NCBI RefSeq assembly: GCF_009914755.1
Contig: NC_060947.1
Strand: one strand, 5' to 3'
DNA length: 64,000 bases
Source: the human T2T-CHM13v2.0 reference genome, Homo sapiens
Positions within the stretch are counted from its first letter, which is position 1. Each line of letters starts with the position of its first letter. The translations under genes were made by a program, and so were the position numbers. The notes under the pieces were generated by a model. The model was not told the DNA's origin. It searched no databases and saw only the letters and a program-made list of their open reading frames with translations. Below, piece after piece: positions 18,351 through 33,625 of the stretch.

Positions 18351-18760
18351 TGCAATCTGTCTTTCTCAGGTCGAATGTTCCTCCTGATCTCATTATATAG
18401 TTCAAGAGATTTGGTTTGCTTAGAATAGGGTCATCGTCATCACAATCCAATTCAAGACAGATAATCTGCTTCCACCAGTGAGATACATGTACAATCTGTT
18501 CAGAATCAGCTCCTTGTCAAAAACAGAATTTTAGATAACAGTCTGGTTAAAGATTTATTTTGAATACTATTTCAACCAGCTTTGCATGATCTTTTTTCTC
18601 CCTACTTTCTTTCACAATTTGGATTACAGAAATTGTTTGTACAATTGGGTTTATGTTACTGCTGAAGTAGAAAAAATAATAAGTAATCCTAATATAGCTG
18701 CAATTAATCTTGATTGTAACTATAAGTATGATTAGGATAATTCAATAATGTTCAAGTATA
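18351..18760 (-). promoter_or_regulatory. DMD: Dp260 (retinal) promoter/5'UTR region
   Basis: Non-repetitive sequence immediately upstream of the Dp260 ATGs with clustered TAATC(C/T/A) motifs; TSS and boundaries not determinable from sequence. Confidence 0.7.
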
Positions 18761-19189
18761 AATACCATGCTGCACAGATTGGAAAGTCTCCCTTCAAGGA
18801 TCTGTTCACTTTTAACAGAGTAGTTGTAAAAGTAAGAAATAGGGCAGGCAACTTATTGGGAATTCATTATGTGTCATTTAAAATACATTTCCTTAATATA
18901 CAATGTAAAGGCATGATTATCAGGTACAATATAACTTTCTTTCCCACAGAGCATGACTGAGGTTTTAAGATGATCTTGGTTTTTATATTATATATAGAAT
19001 ATTAGATATTACATAAATACTATACTTTTTAAGCTTTAAAAATATTAGTGATGTCATTATTCTTCAGTGAAGCCAGCCTATAACACAGCTTTGCCCAAGT
19101 AAAACTACAGTTAAAGGCATCTAGACTAAGGCAAAAGAACAGGAAGTTTAGTGATGCTGCAGGAAGAGGGAAGGCTTTCCCAGTACTTC

Positions 19190-20760
<1,571 letters not shown>

Positions 20761-23700
20761 GTATAAGGAGAAATTTTAATGAGAAAAACAGAAAACTTTA
20801 AATAGTCAAAGACGAAAATGGATTTACAGAAGAAATTGTAAACAAAGGTCACCACTGCTCAGAGATGTATCTTTTGGACAATAAATCTATCTGTTTTTGT
20901 ATTAAAAGTGTCAGAATGGGGGTGGGACATTATTTGGAGAAAATTTTAATCTCTTTCTATTAAAATTCTGTATCCAAGATTGGTGACCGAGGCTTTGCCC
21001 TATATTCCAATTCAAACATAGCTTCCTTTTGTTCTCAGTCAAAATTTCAACTAAAATTTACATCAGGTAATTTACTATTTCAGATAACAGTGTTCAGGGC
21101 TATAATCAGAGCCTCTATTGCAGAGGAGACTGGCTGCAGCCTACCCACAGCTCTTCCAAAGAAATGGATCTCTAGTGATAAAATTTCAGCATTGTGACAG
21201 GTGGTTGGAGAAAACTTCCAATCACAGCGTGTAATAATTGCCTAGCCAGGTATTAAATTTGGTCCTTCCTCTGGCTAAAGGCAAAAACAGTGTACTCTAC
21301 AAGGCACATCTGTAGATTTTAATTGTATAGGATGTAATATAGAATAACATTAAACCACATATCTAGCCTCAAAATTCTTTTTAGAAACCTAACTTTTTCT
21401 ATTCATGAGATTCTATGAGCTGAAAGGAACAGTGTGGCTTAAGAAATGATGGCAGAGTTGACTTCGGGTGGGTTGGCTCTTTTCCTGGCCTGACAGTCAA
21501 TAAGAGAGGCTGATTTACACAGATTCCTTGATTATCTCAGTCATTGAAAAGACCTCATGTCAATGCAAGCTTGCAGAATTCTTTCAACTAGTCATGGCAT
21601 AAGCTGCCTTCTATTTCTAAACATCTGATTAGGCGCACCCTGATGGAATGTCAGGCTTATGAATTTTCTGACTTTCTGCCCGCTTGACCTGTGCTGTCTC
21701 ATTGAATGAAGTTTGTAGAAAGTCTTCAACCATAATCTGATTTTTTGTTGTTGTTCCAGAATACTGTTCCGCTGTTGTTTTAAAATGTTATTTCATGTCT
21801 TTAGCTAATCCACTTAGCAGTAAGAGGAATTATATAGCTAGACAGAAACAGCAAATATAAGGAAAGTTAGAAAGACATCTTTTAATAACTGGCGATCAAT
21901 GACAAAAATATAAAAATAGAAAACAATCCTAGTAATGGTTACCAAGAAAAACACATAATATATTTTAACCCAGTTTTCAATGAAAATTAAAACTAAGTAA
22001 AAGTTAACACAAATTAATTATTTTATATCTTTAAAGTACTATGGAAATATAAAATAAGTTTAAGAAAAAGTTTTAAGAGTTTAATGAGTTTTGCTGGCAA
22101 TGTAAAGTCATCTCTACAATGAATTGACAGTTTCTCACATTTCCATTTTAAAAATAATGTACTAACCTTTGTACCACAATATTACAAACACATAAATCAA
22201 AGTGTAGCATGTCTAAGAAACTCTGGAAGAGAAAACTCTGCATGTGAAATAAAAAACCGAATATTGAAACCAAAAAATGTATTTAACATATGAATGCATG
22301 CTTTAAAAAGCCAAATTAGAAAAAAAATCATTTAATAATATTTTACAAAAAACACATTCATTAAAGGAGCTAGGTATCCTATACTATACTTATTAAACTC
22401 AATACAAAAAGCAATTTTACTGCATTTATGAGGTGATGGGTAAGCTTATGCTTGCAAATGGATTAAGAATGTGGGTGCACTGTTTACAATCATCTCGTAA
22501 TAAGACACTTTTATTTTTGGTGTTTAAATACTCATCATTGTATTCATCATTGTGATGTAGACATGTAAAACATTTCAATTTCCAGCAGTTTTAAATATTT
22601 TCTTCTGAGTAAAGAAGGATTTTTGCCAATGTCAAAATAAAGCCCTCATTTTTATGAGTGATTTTAGTAGTAAATGAACTAACGAAAACTAAATCCCAAA
22701 TTCCAATTCAAATAAAGCAAAGCAACGACAAAGTCTTGAAGTTTCTGCTTAGGGTAGTGCATTAATTGGCCCCAACCTGACTGTCCGTACCTTGCAGAAA
22801 GTAGAGCAATATGGAATATGTTTTATTTTATAGAAAGTGTCTTGGGATAGGAGTCCTGCAAGAGATGTGCTAAAACCAAATCCTACTCAACCTGCCCTTC
22901 AGAAACTACAGTGGAGACCCATGAGAGGACATTAATCTCCATTTGACAACCACGCTTCACTTCACAGAGTTTACCAGTCAAGTTTTCTTTCCCAGAGTCT
23001 CAACTTCAGTGGACCAAGCAACACTTGCTTCAGTGGATCAAGCAATAGTTCAGTGGTCCAACTATTTCCTTTTAGTGTTTCTTTTTTACCTACTAACAGG
23101 TTGCAATTTGTTCAAGTGCCAAGTACTAAGAATACTGGTGGGTGTATATCATTTTTGATAAACTATTTCCTCCTGACCTAACTCTTCTATTTAACTTAAG
23201 AGCAAGTGTGAAACTGTCACTATGGATATGAATGCATTGAATTCTATCTGTTGTCTTAGAATTTTGGGTATAGTCTTAAACTGAAAATAACAAGTAATAA
23301 GTCTCTCTCATTCTAAGAGATGGAAATAGCAGGGCATAGCAAAGGGCTTACAAAAGAGCTGGGAAAACTGGCCCTGCCTTTGTTGCTCCACCATACCCAC
23401 TTATACTAAAACTCTCTGAAGGTTTTAGAAAGAATCGGTCTTCTGAATTCATGGCCCAGAGGGAGAGTAGGGATGGCTCCCTCTGTTTATTCCGTAAGGG
23501 GGAAAAGAAGATGGTACTTCAACCTTTTTGTCCCAAGCAAGTAAGTGGAGCTCCAAGACCACTGATCACAGGGTCTGGGAGTCCAGAGTAGATAGGGATG
23601 ACACCTAATTACCAACTCTGCTTCTGAAGATGTCTGCTTCAGAAATTATATGCCTACTTGATAGGTAAAAAATGAATGAGAAATGATACAGTGAAGAAGG

Positions 23701-23963
23701 GGGGCAGCCTGTACTCCCCAGTGCTTGGTGTGGCAAACGTTTCTCAATAGGTCAAGTGAACGTGGAAGAAGACAGCCATGTTTGAGCTATCTACCAGGAA
23801 CACTCTTTATGGAGCAAGAGTACCTCAGGATCAAGAGGCTTGAAGATGTTTTTATAGAGCATATTTTCCTTCTTAAAGATGGGGAAAACAAAAGAGCTTC
23901 TGCAAGACTTCTTAAAGATCCCATACTTGTACCCCAAATAAACCCGAACTTTGTATCTCTGTT

Positions 23964-23986
23964 ACACACACACACACACACACACA
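23964..23986. repeat. (CA)n microsatellite
   Basis: Directly visible. Confidence 0.9.
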
Positions 23987-24863
23987 AATCATAAACTCAA
24001 AGCTACAAATAGCTAGTTAACAGGAGACATTTGCCTATTTTCCTTAACTCCTACTTCCCAAGACATTGGAGAATAATATAACTGAAGTGCAGTTAAAAAA
24101 AAAAAAAAGAAAAAGAGGCAGTGGAGGTGTAAGATGGAATCTAACCACACTTGCCTTCCAGAGAAAGTCTTTTAGACCATGGCTTAAGCTTGAGCTGGAA
24201 ACAAGGAAGCATATTAAATTAAATATGACATTGAGATTTTAAGCTGAACCCAATTAGATTTAAGTCTTTATTACCTCAGAGGCCAGAAAGCAAAGGGATC
24301 TATTCATGGCGCCATCTACCTGGATGATGTAAAAGCATTTCATGTTTCTGATCTATCTGGCTGAAACTACGCATCAAACTACTAACACAGTCCACGAATT
24401 CAGCACTTACTCAAATAAAGCAAAGGCAAAGGAGAATGATAGACATCCAGATCATCTAGAATGTGGTCCAGCAGAAGACAGAAAATGGTTTACGGGAGGT
24501 CTGAAGAGATAAAGAACTTAAGAAATATCTGTGAAAAATGGAGCATTATAGTAGTATCACATGATTGAAAAGCTAAGATAGATATGTTGATGCTTTTGTC
24601 TCATGCAACTGCAAGTTGCATGTTTTATATCCGTCTACCAACATACATGAATATAAATAATCCACGTGAAAACTATTGCTCCTGTCAAATGCAACAACTT
24701 GCCTACTGATTGGTAACTTTGCTGAACAACCAATTTAAATTCCTGAAGCATAATTCTAAGGTCTTTAAAGAAGCATGCCATAAAAGTATCAGGAATTATT
24801 TAAGGACCACTAAGAATGTTCTATTTGTCTCAGAAATTGGTTCTTACAATTTTTAGTTGTTTA

Positions 24864-25236
<373 letters not shown>

Positions 25237-26879
25237 TTAAGTAATAGATCCTTTAAAAGTTATACAAAAATTTCCAGATGTCTAGATATGCTTATACCAG
25301 CTTAATGAAATGTTTTCCAAAAAGAATAGAGTTAGGATTTTGAAAAGGGAATTAAATGGAGATTAAGAGAAAAGCAGAGGGAGAAGAGGATAATTTACAA
25401 CAGAAGAAATAATTTACCAATGCTCATAGCTCATCACAAGATTCACTTTGTTGCTTTCTTTGTTTTCAAATTAGTTCATCCTATTTTTTCCTAAAGAAAG
25501 GAGGTCTCACACTGTGTTCCTTGGACAAGAAAGACTAAGTAAATTAAAACCATGTTGCTTTAACCCACTTTAAATATAACTCTTGTGAGGGGCTTTGGTA
25601 CAGTGGTTTTTCCTGTGGCATATTTGTTAATGTATTTAATAGGGATATAGGCGGTAAATAATTACAAAGATGTGTACATGTCTGCATATATATCCTTTAA
25701 ATATAAAATAAAGAAGGTTACATTATTCACGAAAGGCTTCTAGATTTATGTTTTGTTAATGTCACTAGGTTTGAACACACCTGGGAGAAAACTCAAAAGC
25801 CGTGAGCATGGAGCTCCTATAATTTTCTTTACCAGGAAAGAATATAAATGTGAAAACTCTTGGTGTCATGGTTAATAGGAACTTCACCTGTTTTAGGTTT
25901 TAGCAGGTTACTGAAGTTCTTCTGTGACCTCTGAAGGAAGCATACTTGAAAGTAACGTTTGGGAATCATTTTATCAATGGAACTTGACATCAGATAGCCA
26001 TCACTTTCAAGTAAAGCATTGAGCATTGATAGAATGGTCAATGAGCTATAGAGTAATATATCTAAGACATTTCTGGATTCTTGCTGCATCCATTTATCCT
26101 CATGGGTAGACAAGTGAAATTGGTCTTCTGCCCTGACAGGAGCAAACTGATGCTTTATTTAAGCTTCAAAAAGAAAGTGAATGAAGCATTATTCAGTAAA
26201 CATAAAATAAGTCTACAGGATTCATCATATCCAAGCTTTCTCAAGGTACCTTCAGGAGCCACCCTAAGTCAGTGAAATTTTTCCGGCCCAATGGCGAGGT
26301 ACTCTTTGACTGCACATGTGTTCATATTATTAAAGTCTAAACTTTAGGCAGTGAATAATTTATTGATACAGGAAATAATTAAAATATTTAAGTCGCTGTC
26401 TCCTGATATGGAATAGTGAGACAGAATCAGATTCTAGGGATGACTTGGTCAGCATTGAGACCACATGTTCAAGCAAAATATAAAGTTTATACATGAGACA
26501 AAAGTCCAAATCTGGGGATAAAATCAAGTTGGAAAAGATGAGAAGTCAAAATTAGAAAAAATGTAGCTGGTGCTTCTAAGCCAAGTGGTATAGGTTAATT
26601 AGCCAAATACAGAAGTACCCAAGTGAGAGAGAGCATACTGAGGCCAATTACAGATAGGTTGGTGGTTGTGAGCAAACTAGTCCTTACAATGTAGATGAAC
26701 TAGCCAGTTGATAGTCCTCTTAAATAAGGTCAGTGATATCCAGTCAGTACAGTAGTGTGACAAAGATCTCAGAGTGAAAGAACTTTGGAACTCGTTAGTC
26801 CCTCTACTTAGGAATTCAGACTCTCAGGAAAGAAACTCAACACAGCATCTCTGGCTTTCTGGACTTAATATGATGTATG

Positions 26880-28330
26880 GGAAGCAAATTCATCACACTT
26901 CCTTTTATAGACCAGGTAAGGATGGCCACACAGGTTGCCTATGAATAAAATAGTTTCCAATCTTCAGTCAAGCAGTGTGAAATACAGCCTTGATAACTAG
27001 AAATGGTGCTTTTCTGATGTGCATTAGAGATCTCTGCTGGATTCCTTCTACTGTGATGTAGGCTCATAATACTCTAAGGCCAGTGTTCAGGTTCTCTTGG
27101 ACTACAGTGCCATGGATTTTGCCGGCCTCTGTGGTCAACTGTAATTCATATTGGTTCGAACTTGAAATTGTATCTGAGCAACTGGAAAAATGCTCCTCTC
27201 TCCTGGGATGTCTGGGACGACTGGTCCTTTTTCATCCTACCCAATTACATGAAGATTAACAATATTTATTTATCACAAATACTCCAGATGATTGTCATGG
27301 CTCTGGAGAAGTTGATGTGCAAGGCACAGTATGCTTATGGCTTCCTGTCATCTTACTTATCCACACTACATTGAAAAAGTCCTCAGGTCTAGCTCAGTCA
27401 GTATCTACATTATTGTGTCCTAAGGTTATTACAAGGTTTTCTAATATTTTGTCCTCCAAGTTGTTAGGATAGACAAGACTGCAGTTTTGTAGAAAAGAAC
27501 TCCTACCAGGATCTTTGGCTCTGATATGATTCATTTGGATGGGATGTGCACCTTGAACAGCAGGAACATGGTGTATGGAACAGCTGCTTTTCCTTCTGCT
27601 TTCGAAACATTCTGTATAGTGCTTTAGGAGTAGGTTGGGAGTGCAGAAAGATGACTCGTGTGTTTATATGAGCATAGGGAACAGATAAACACTGGCAGAA
27701 TGATGCATTACAATCGATTCCTTGTTACAGACTAGGGTCATCTGCCACAAAATGTTCTTACAATACATTAAGCTTGCTGAAATAGAAATAAACTGGTTCC
27801 AAACTTCCTCTCTTCTCTATGTCCTCACCCCACAATGGCATCTTCTCATCGTCTATAGATGAAACCCATCGTGCTGGAATTATTTGGCATGGGAGAAGAA
27901 TAAACAGGTTTCCGGTGTGACGCTTTAACTTGTAGGATTGTTAAACTTGTCATACCTCAGATATAGCTGAAGATTAAGATGTGGACAATGCCTACAGCCA
28001 TGCAGGACTGCTTAGCATCTTCCCCACAGGAAGTATCTGTTCCGTCAACATTGTGGTTCGGGTGAGGGAGAGAGGTAATATATAATGAGGATCCTAGTGA
28101 TGCCCTTTCCGTGTCATCAAAAATCTGCTGCAGTTTCCTAGAAAGCGTTCATTCTACTTCAGCAGGGAACTATGGCTGTGAAGGAAAACCACTTTTTCCT
28201 CTGCTTGGTTTAGTTGTTGAGGAATTGGAAAGGAGCTTCATTTCTGGAATACAGAGATCATCTATCTGTCATGAGCAGTGGTTGGGCAAGAATAAATTAC
28301 TGGTCCACAGTGGGAATGAACCTGACACAT
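26880..28330 (-). mobile_element. Putative highly decayed Ty3/Gypsy pol relic
   Basis: Manual minus-strand translation gives ordered remnants RFLG, FLWG, ILQVKAS, EPVYFYFSKL, RSW*EFFS, GHNNVDTD, GHP/PGL*KEV, broken by stops and frameshifts. Confidence 0.45.
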
Positions 28331-28383
28331 AATGCACCTTAGCAAAGTGCACCTTATACATGTGCTGATAAAGGTCTATCTAG

Positions 28384-28562
28384 ACTGGGGTTCACAAACC
28401 TGAATAATCATCAGAATGAACTTTTCCAAATACAGTTCTCAGCCTCAATTAAAATCTACTAAATTAGAAAATCAGAGGGAGTCAAAAGTGGGTATGTGTA
28501 CACCAAAGTCCCTATATTCTTCTATCTGTGTAATTTTGGTGATGAGCTGAAATTGAGAAGGT
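28384..28562. mobile_element. MER5-like hAT MITE
   Basis: ggttcacaaacctg...catcagaat...tctactaaattagaa...ttgagaa layout typical of MER5. Confidence 0.5.
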
Positions 28563-30681
28563 CTATGAAGACCGAAGTTAGAAAGAAAAGATGTCTTAAA
28601 TAACAACAACGAAAAATAACAGGTAAGAAAATGCAATCAGTTGGGCTTACAGCAAAAAAGAGCGAACAGTAGAGTGCTATGAAATTGGTATTAATGCTGG
28701 TCAGAATATACGAAACATAGTGAGGTAGAAACAGTAAGGAAATTCTCCAATTTTCTTTGATACTTTCAATGAAAAATTACTAATAAATATATGCATTTTA
28801 TGATTTAAAAGACAGCATGATGAACTTGAAAAATATTTTTATTCCTCATTCCATCTAGGGACACTGGAATACACTGCAAAGAAATGTTGTTTAACATTCC
28901 CTTTTCCATTTATCATTTTTTTTAAAAAAATAAACATTTTCAGAAATTTGGCCTGAATATTAAATAACAGATTTGATTATTCAATCTCAAGAATCTATGA
29001 AGTAGCTTGCAAAGAAAACGGTTTTAAAAAGTTGAGAGTGGTAAAACGTAAGATGAAAGAGAGAGATGAATATGTACCCTCAGAACAGTATTGTGTGTTA
29101 TAGAAATTAAGTATTAGTTGTCAATCATCATAGATAATTAAAGTTATTGACAAGTTTCATTAACATAAAGATATAAACTCGAGGAATTTTTCTGAAAAGG
29201 TACATTGATAAACTTAAAAGAGAAACTTCAATCCAAAAATTTATCACTAAAATGCTACTTTACCAATCCATACTACTGATTTAGCTTTTACAACTGATTA
29301 GTTTTTCGGCCTTAATGGTTTTCCTTTATGTATTAACTCCCTCTTTTGTTATTCCAACTTTATTATTCTTTTTTTTTTTTTTTGGTAGGCCCTTGTAGAA
29401 AAGCTATTCCAACTTCAGAAGAAATAACTCAACTATCAAATTATGAGATATTTGAAGACAAGATACCATTAAATGGATATGTTAACACTCATTCACAAAG
29501 ATATTAATGCCCTCCAAGAGCAAACATAATTTGTCTAGAGTGAATATTAAATACTTAAATATTAATCATATATTGAAATGCAGTACATGATTATATGTAT
29601 ACATATGTGCTTATATACATGTATATATAAATACATGCAAGTATATATATGTGTTTGTGTGTCCCTTTGTGTCTGGACCCCAAAAATGCTAATATTCTAT
29701 AATAGGCATACAGACGAACAAAAACATTTAACTACTGTTTTATATAATATTTCGGAAAAGTAAATATGACTGTCCAAGGAAACATTATTGATTGAAGTAG
29801 GGTAAATTATATCTAAAAATAATGGAATTACTACTTACAAAGAAAAAATCCATGATTCATGGTGATTAAAATAAGAATTAAACACATTCACCACAGACCC
29901 TTTTGTGAAGGCTATGTACTCTTTCAGTTCCTGTAGCTATAAAATAGAGGGTAACTACATTTAAAATACAAGATGTATTTTAAAATATTATTAAAAACAA
30001 GAATCAAGGTAACTCACACAATTGATGGTAGGACAAGAAAAATCCCTTTCTCAAATAACAAAAGAAGATACATGAAATAGAGAAGGAAAAATTTCTAATT
30101 TACAAAGAAAATAGCATACACATTCATGTCTATTTTTCTTACATTAAAGAGGTCTGGGCTATTGAGTTTATTATCTATGTGTAAATATTACACAAGTGGG
30201 TTTCTTCCCCTCAAAATGTAATCACTCTTGACCATTTATTCAATTAATATTATTATGAGAACAAGTTGCATAGTCCACCACTCAGCTGAAAATTGCAGTC
30301 ACCTTGAACACAGAGGTCTGCCATAATAGTCTGCTTGCAGTGCAATTTTTATATAAAGACAAAGGTTTTTTGCAGAGCATTCAACCTAGGAGAAGTCAAG
30401 ATTCAAGATATCCAATATCCTTTTTACTACTTAAGGAAAGAAAGCCCTGAATTCAAAGTATGGAAAGATGTAAACCTAGAAGCTATATCCATTATTAACA
30501 CACTAAGAATAAGATTAAATTTCACCTTTCTAAATATTAAAGCATTTATTGTTAATTAATTATCCTCAATGAAATATTTTCAAGTAATGATAATCTATAA
30601 AAGTGAGCCTAAATTGTTAACTCCCAAACCTTATCAAAAGCATTTCAGGTGTACAAATAACCAAATGTATAAGATGACACC

Positions 30682-30855
30682 CGAAATTGGCTTCAAAGCC
30701 ATGCAACCTGTGCAGTTATGCAGTAACTCATGCTTAGGAGAGCCCATGCTTGGTTTAATGCTCTGCTGTTGCCATCTTACAATGCTTAATTTTTGAGTAT
30801 GGGACCCAGTATTTTCTTTCTTCCCTGAGTCCCCCAAATTATGGAGCCGATCCTG
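30682..30855 (+). mobile_element. MER91A-like hAT-Tip100 element
   Basis: ggcttc...gcaacctgtgcagt...gcttggtttaatgctctgctgttgccatctt...caaattatggagccgatcctg follows the MER91 consensus. Confidence 0.75.
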
Positions 30856-31849
30856 ACATTTTGGGAAAAACAGCCAACAGCTAAAAGACTGACATAAAAA
30901 TCTGAATTAAATTGGTTAAGTTAGAGAGATTGTAAAAAAAAAAAAAAAAATACATGAAATTCACATTTGACATACTGGCGGTAACCAGATGAATGACTTG
31001 CAAATATGAATATAGTTGGAAGAAGATACTTCAGACTAGAATCCTAGTTGTTTCAGAATATAATCAAATACAACCTGGAGATGCTAATCAAAGATAACGC
31101 AAAGAAAAATCCCTTCGCTTTTGATTTTCTATGCGGCTGTATGTGTGTGGTTCTAAATAAAATTATTTTGCAGAAAATTACGGGAGAAAGTCAGATAACT
31201 GATTATTTCCATTGCGAATAACTTCATTGGCTACTACTGAGTCCACGATATTATTCTCTAACACTTCTCCTGATTTTAAACGAATCTTTAAAACAAAAGA
31301 GCTCCTATTCCAAATACTTTTCACTCTCATTTCCTCAATGACACCAGTTCTCCTTTCTCCCAACCCCCTTTACCGTGCAGAGTCCTAAACAACCTGAAAA
31401 CAGAGTTACCTACTTCTCAGGGATAAATTTATCCTTGGTGGATAAACTTTCTCAAACTTACTACTCTCCACCTCAGAACCTCCTTGTATTATCTCAATTT
31501 TCTCTTTCCCACTTCCAAAGTCAATCCTTCCATTTTTTTTGCTCGTGTATCCTATCTTGTAAGACTTTGCTCTTATATATTATGTCTTTCTATTGGATCT
31601 TCCCTTATACTACAAACATGCTTAAATTTTTATTATCCTGAAAATCAACAACACATCTTTTCTGCCCTATTACTATTCAATTTCAGTTACTGGCCTTTCT
31701 TTCTCATTTTTTCATCATCACAGATTTATTGTCTCTATTTGCCCTGCTCATTTTCTCTTTTACCAAATCTTAATCTCACAGTTGTTCCTCCTCACTTTGG
31801 AACACAGAGACTATATTTAATGAGAGAAGGAGCAAAGAAATACAGCTAG

Positions 31850-33253
31850 TGGAGGCATCATGTTAGCTGACTTCAAACTATACTACAGTGCTACAGTAAC
31901 CAAAACAACACAGTACTGGTACAAAAACAGTCACATAGACCAATGAAACAGAATGGAAAGCCCAGAAATAATGCCACACACCTATACCCTTCTGATCTTC
32001 GACAAAGCCGACAAAAGCAAGCAATGAGGAAAGGACTCCCTATTCCATAAATGGTGCTGGGATAACTGGCTAACCGTATACAGAAGAATAAAACCTTACA
32101 CCATATACAAAAATCAACTCAAGATGAATGAAAGACTTAAAATGTCAAAGCAAAACTTTAAAAACCCTGGAGGATAACCTAGGCAATACCATCCTGGACA
32201 TAGGAATGGGAAAAGATGTAATGATGATGTCAAAAGCAATTGCAACAAAAGCAAACACTGACAAATGAGACCTAATTAAATTACACAACTTCCTCACAGA
32301 GTTCCTCTGTTGAACTCTGTCAACAGAGTAAACAGACAAACTACAGAACGGGAGAAATATTTTGCAAACTGTGAATCTGATAAAGGTTTAACATCCAGAA
32401 TCTCTAAGTAACTTAAACAAATTTATTTTAAAAACTCTACTCCATTAAAAATGGGCAAAGGACATGAACACACATTTTTCACAAGACGACACACATGTGG
32501 CCAACAATATGAAAAAAAATGCTCAATATCACCAACCATTAGAGAAGTGCACATTAAAACCACGATAAGATGCCATCTCGCACCAGTCAAAATGGCTATT
32601 ATTAAAATGTCAAAAAATAACAGATGCTGTTGGGATGGCAGAGAAAACAGAACATTTATACACTGCTGGTGGGGGTGTAAATTAGTTGAGCCCTTGTGGA
32701 AAGCAGTTTGGCAGAGCTAAAAACAGAACACAGCAACCCCATTACCGGGTGTATAGCCAAAGGAATACAAATTGTTCTACCACAAAGACACATGCACACA
32801 TATGTTCATTGCAACACTATTCACAATAGCAAAGATACAGAATCAACCTAAATGCCCTCCATGGTAGACTAGATAAAGAAAATGTGGTGCATATACACCA
32901 TGGAACACTACGCAGCCACAAAAAGAAGGAGTTCGTGTCCTTTGCAGGAACATGGAGGGAGCTGGAGACCATTCTACTTAGCAAACTAATGCAGGAACAG
33001 ACAACTAAATATCACATGTTCTCACTTATAAGTGGGAGCTAAATAATGAGAATACATGGACACAATGAGGGAACAGACACTGGGTCCTACTTGAGGATAG
33101 AGAATGGGAGGAAGGGGAGGATCAGAAAAAATACCTATCAGGTAGTATGCTTATTACCTGGGTGATGAAATAATCTGTACACCAACCCCCCATGACACAC
33201 TGTTTACCTGTATAACAAACCTGCATATATACCCAGAACATAAAAGTAAAACA
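31850..33253 (+). mobile_element. 5'-truncated older L1PA (PA13-16-like)
   Basis: Degraded ORF2 C-terminus (ORF 32451..32720) plus 3'UTR; flanking acagctag at 31842-31849 and 33254-33261. Confidence 0.9.
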
Positions 33254-33299
33254 ACAGCTAGATCTGTTGAGACCATCTTTCAGATCTGCTAAGAGAAAG

Positions 33300-33625
33300 G
33301 CTGGTAAAGAAAGACAAGAATCAAAGTTCATTTTAAAAGTTTTGGTATGAGAAATTTCAGGAATGAGATGGCATTAACAGAGGTGGAGAAAACGGTGTTG
33401 GGTAGCTTTGATAGGAGCTGTCATCTGAGTATGTTAAGTTTGAGTAGCCTATGAGATATCCAAAGAGAAAAATACACAATAGAAGGCTGGATATATGGTC
33501 TGAAGTTAAGGGCAAAAGTCTGTGCCAGAGATAATATTTTGGGAATAATTAGCATGTAAATTTTATTTAAAGCCATGACACTGCATAAAGTATTATAAAG
33601 AGTGAATATAGAAAGGAAAGGGAGA
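33300..33625 (-). mobile_element. L2 fragment
   Basis: gttaagtttgagtagcctatgagatatcca...gctggatatatggtctgaagtt...tttaaagccatgaca, typical antisense L2. Confidence 0.65.

Noticed and set aside
18393-18399. TATATAA on the minus strand as the Dp260 TATA box
   Set aside because: The TSS cannot be placed from sequence and such motifs are common in this AT-rich DNA.
23290-24300. GC-richer block resembling an old LTR or L1 5' region (similar impression at 50710-51700)
   Set aside because: Could not assign a family or boundaries by eye.
24602-24622. Hairpin catgcaact-gca-agttgcatg
   Set aside because: A 9-bp stem is expected by chance in 64 kb; no supporting context.
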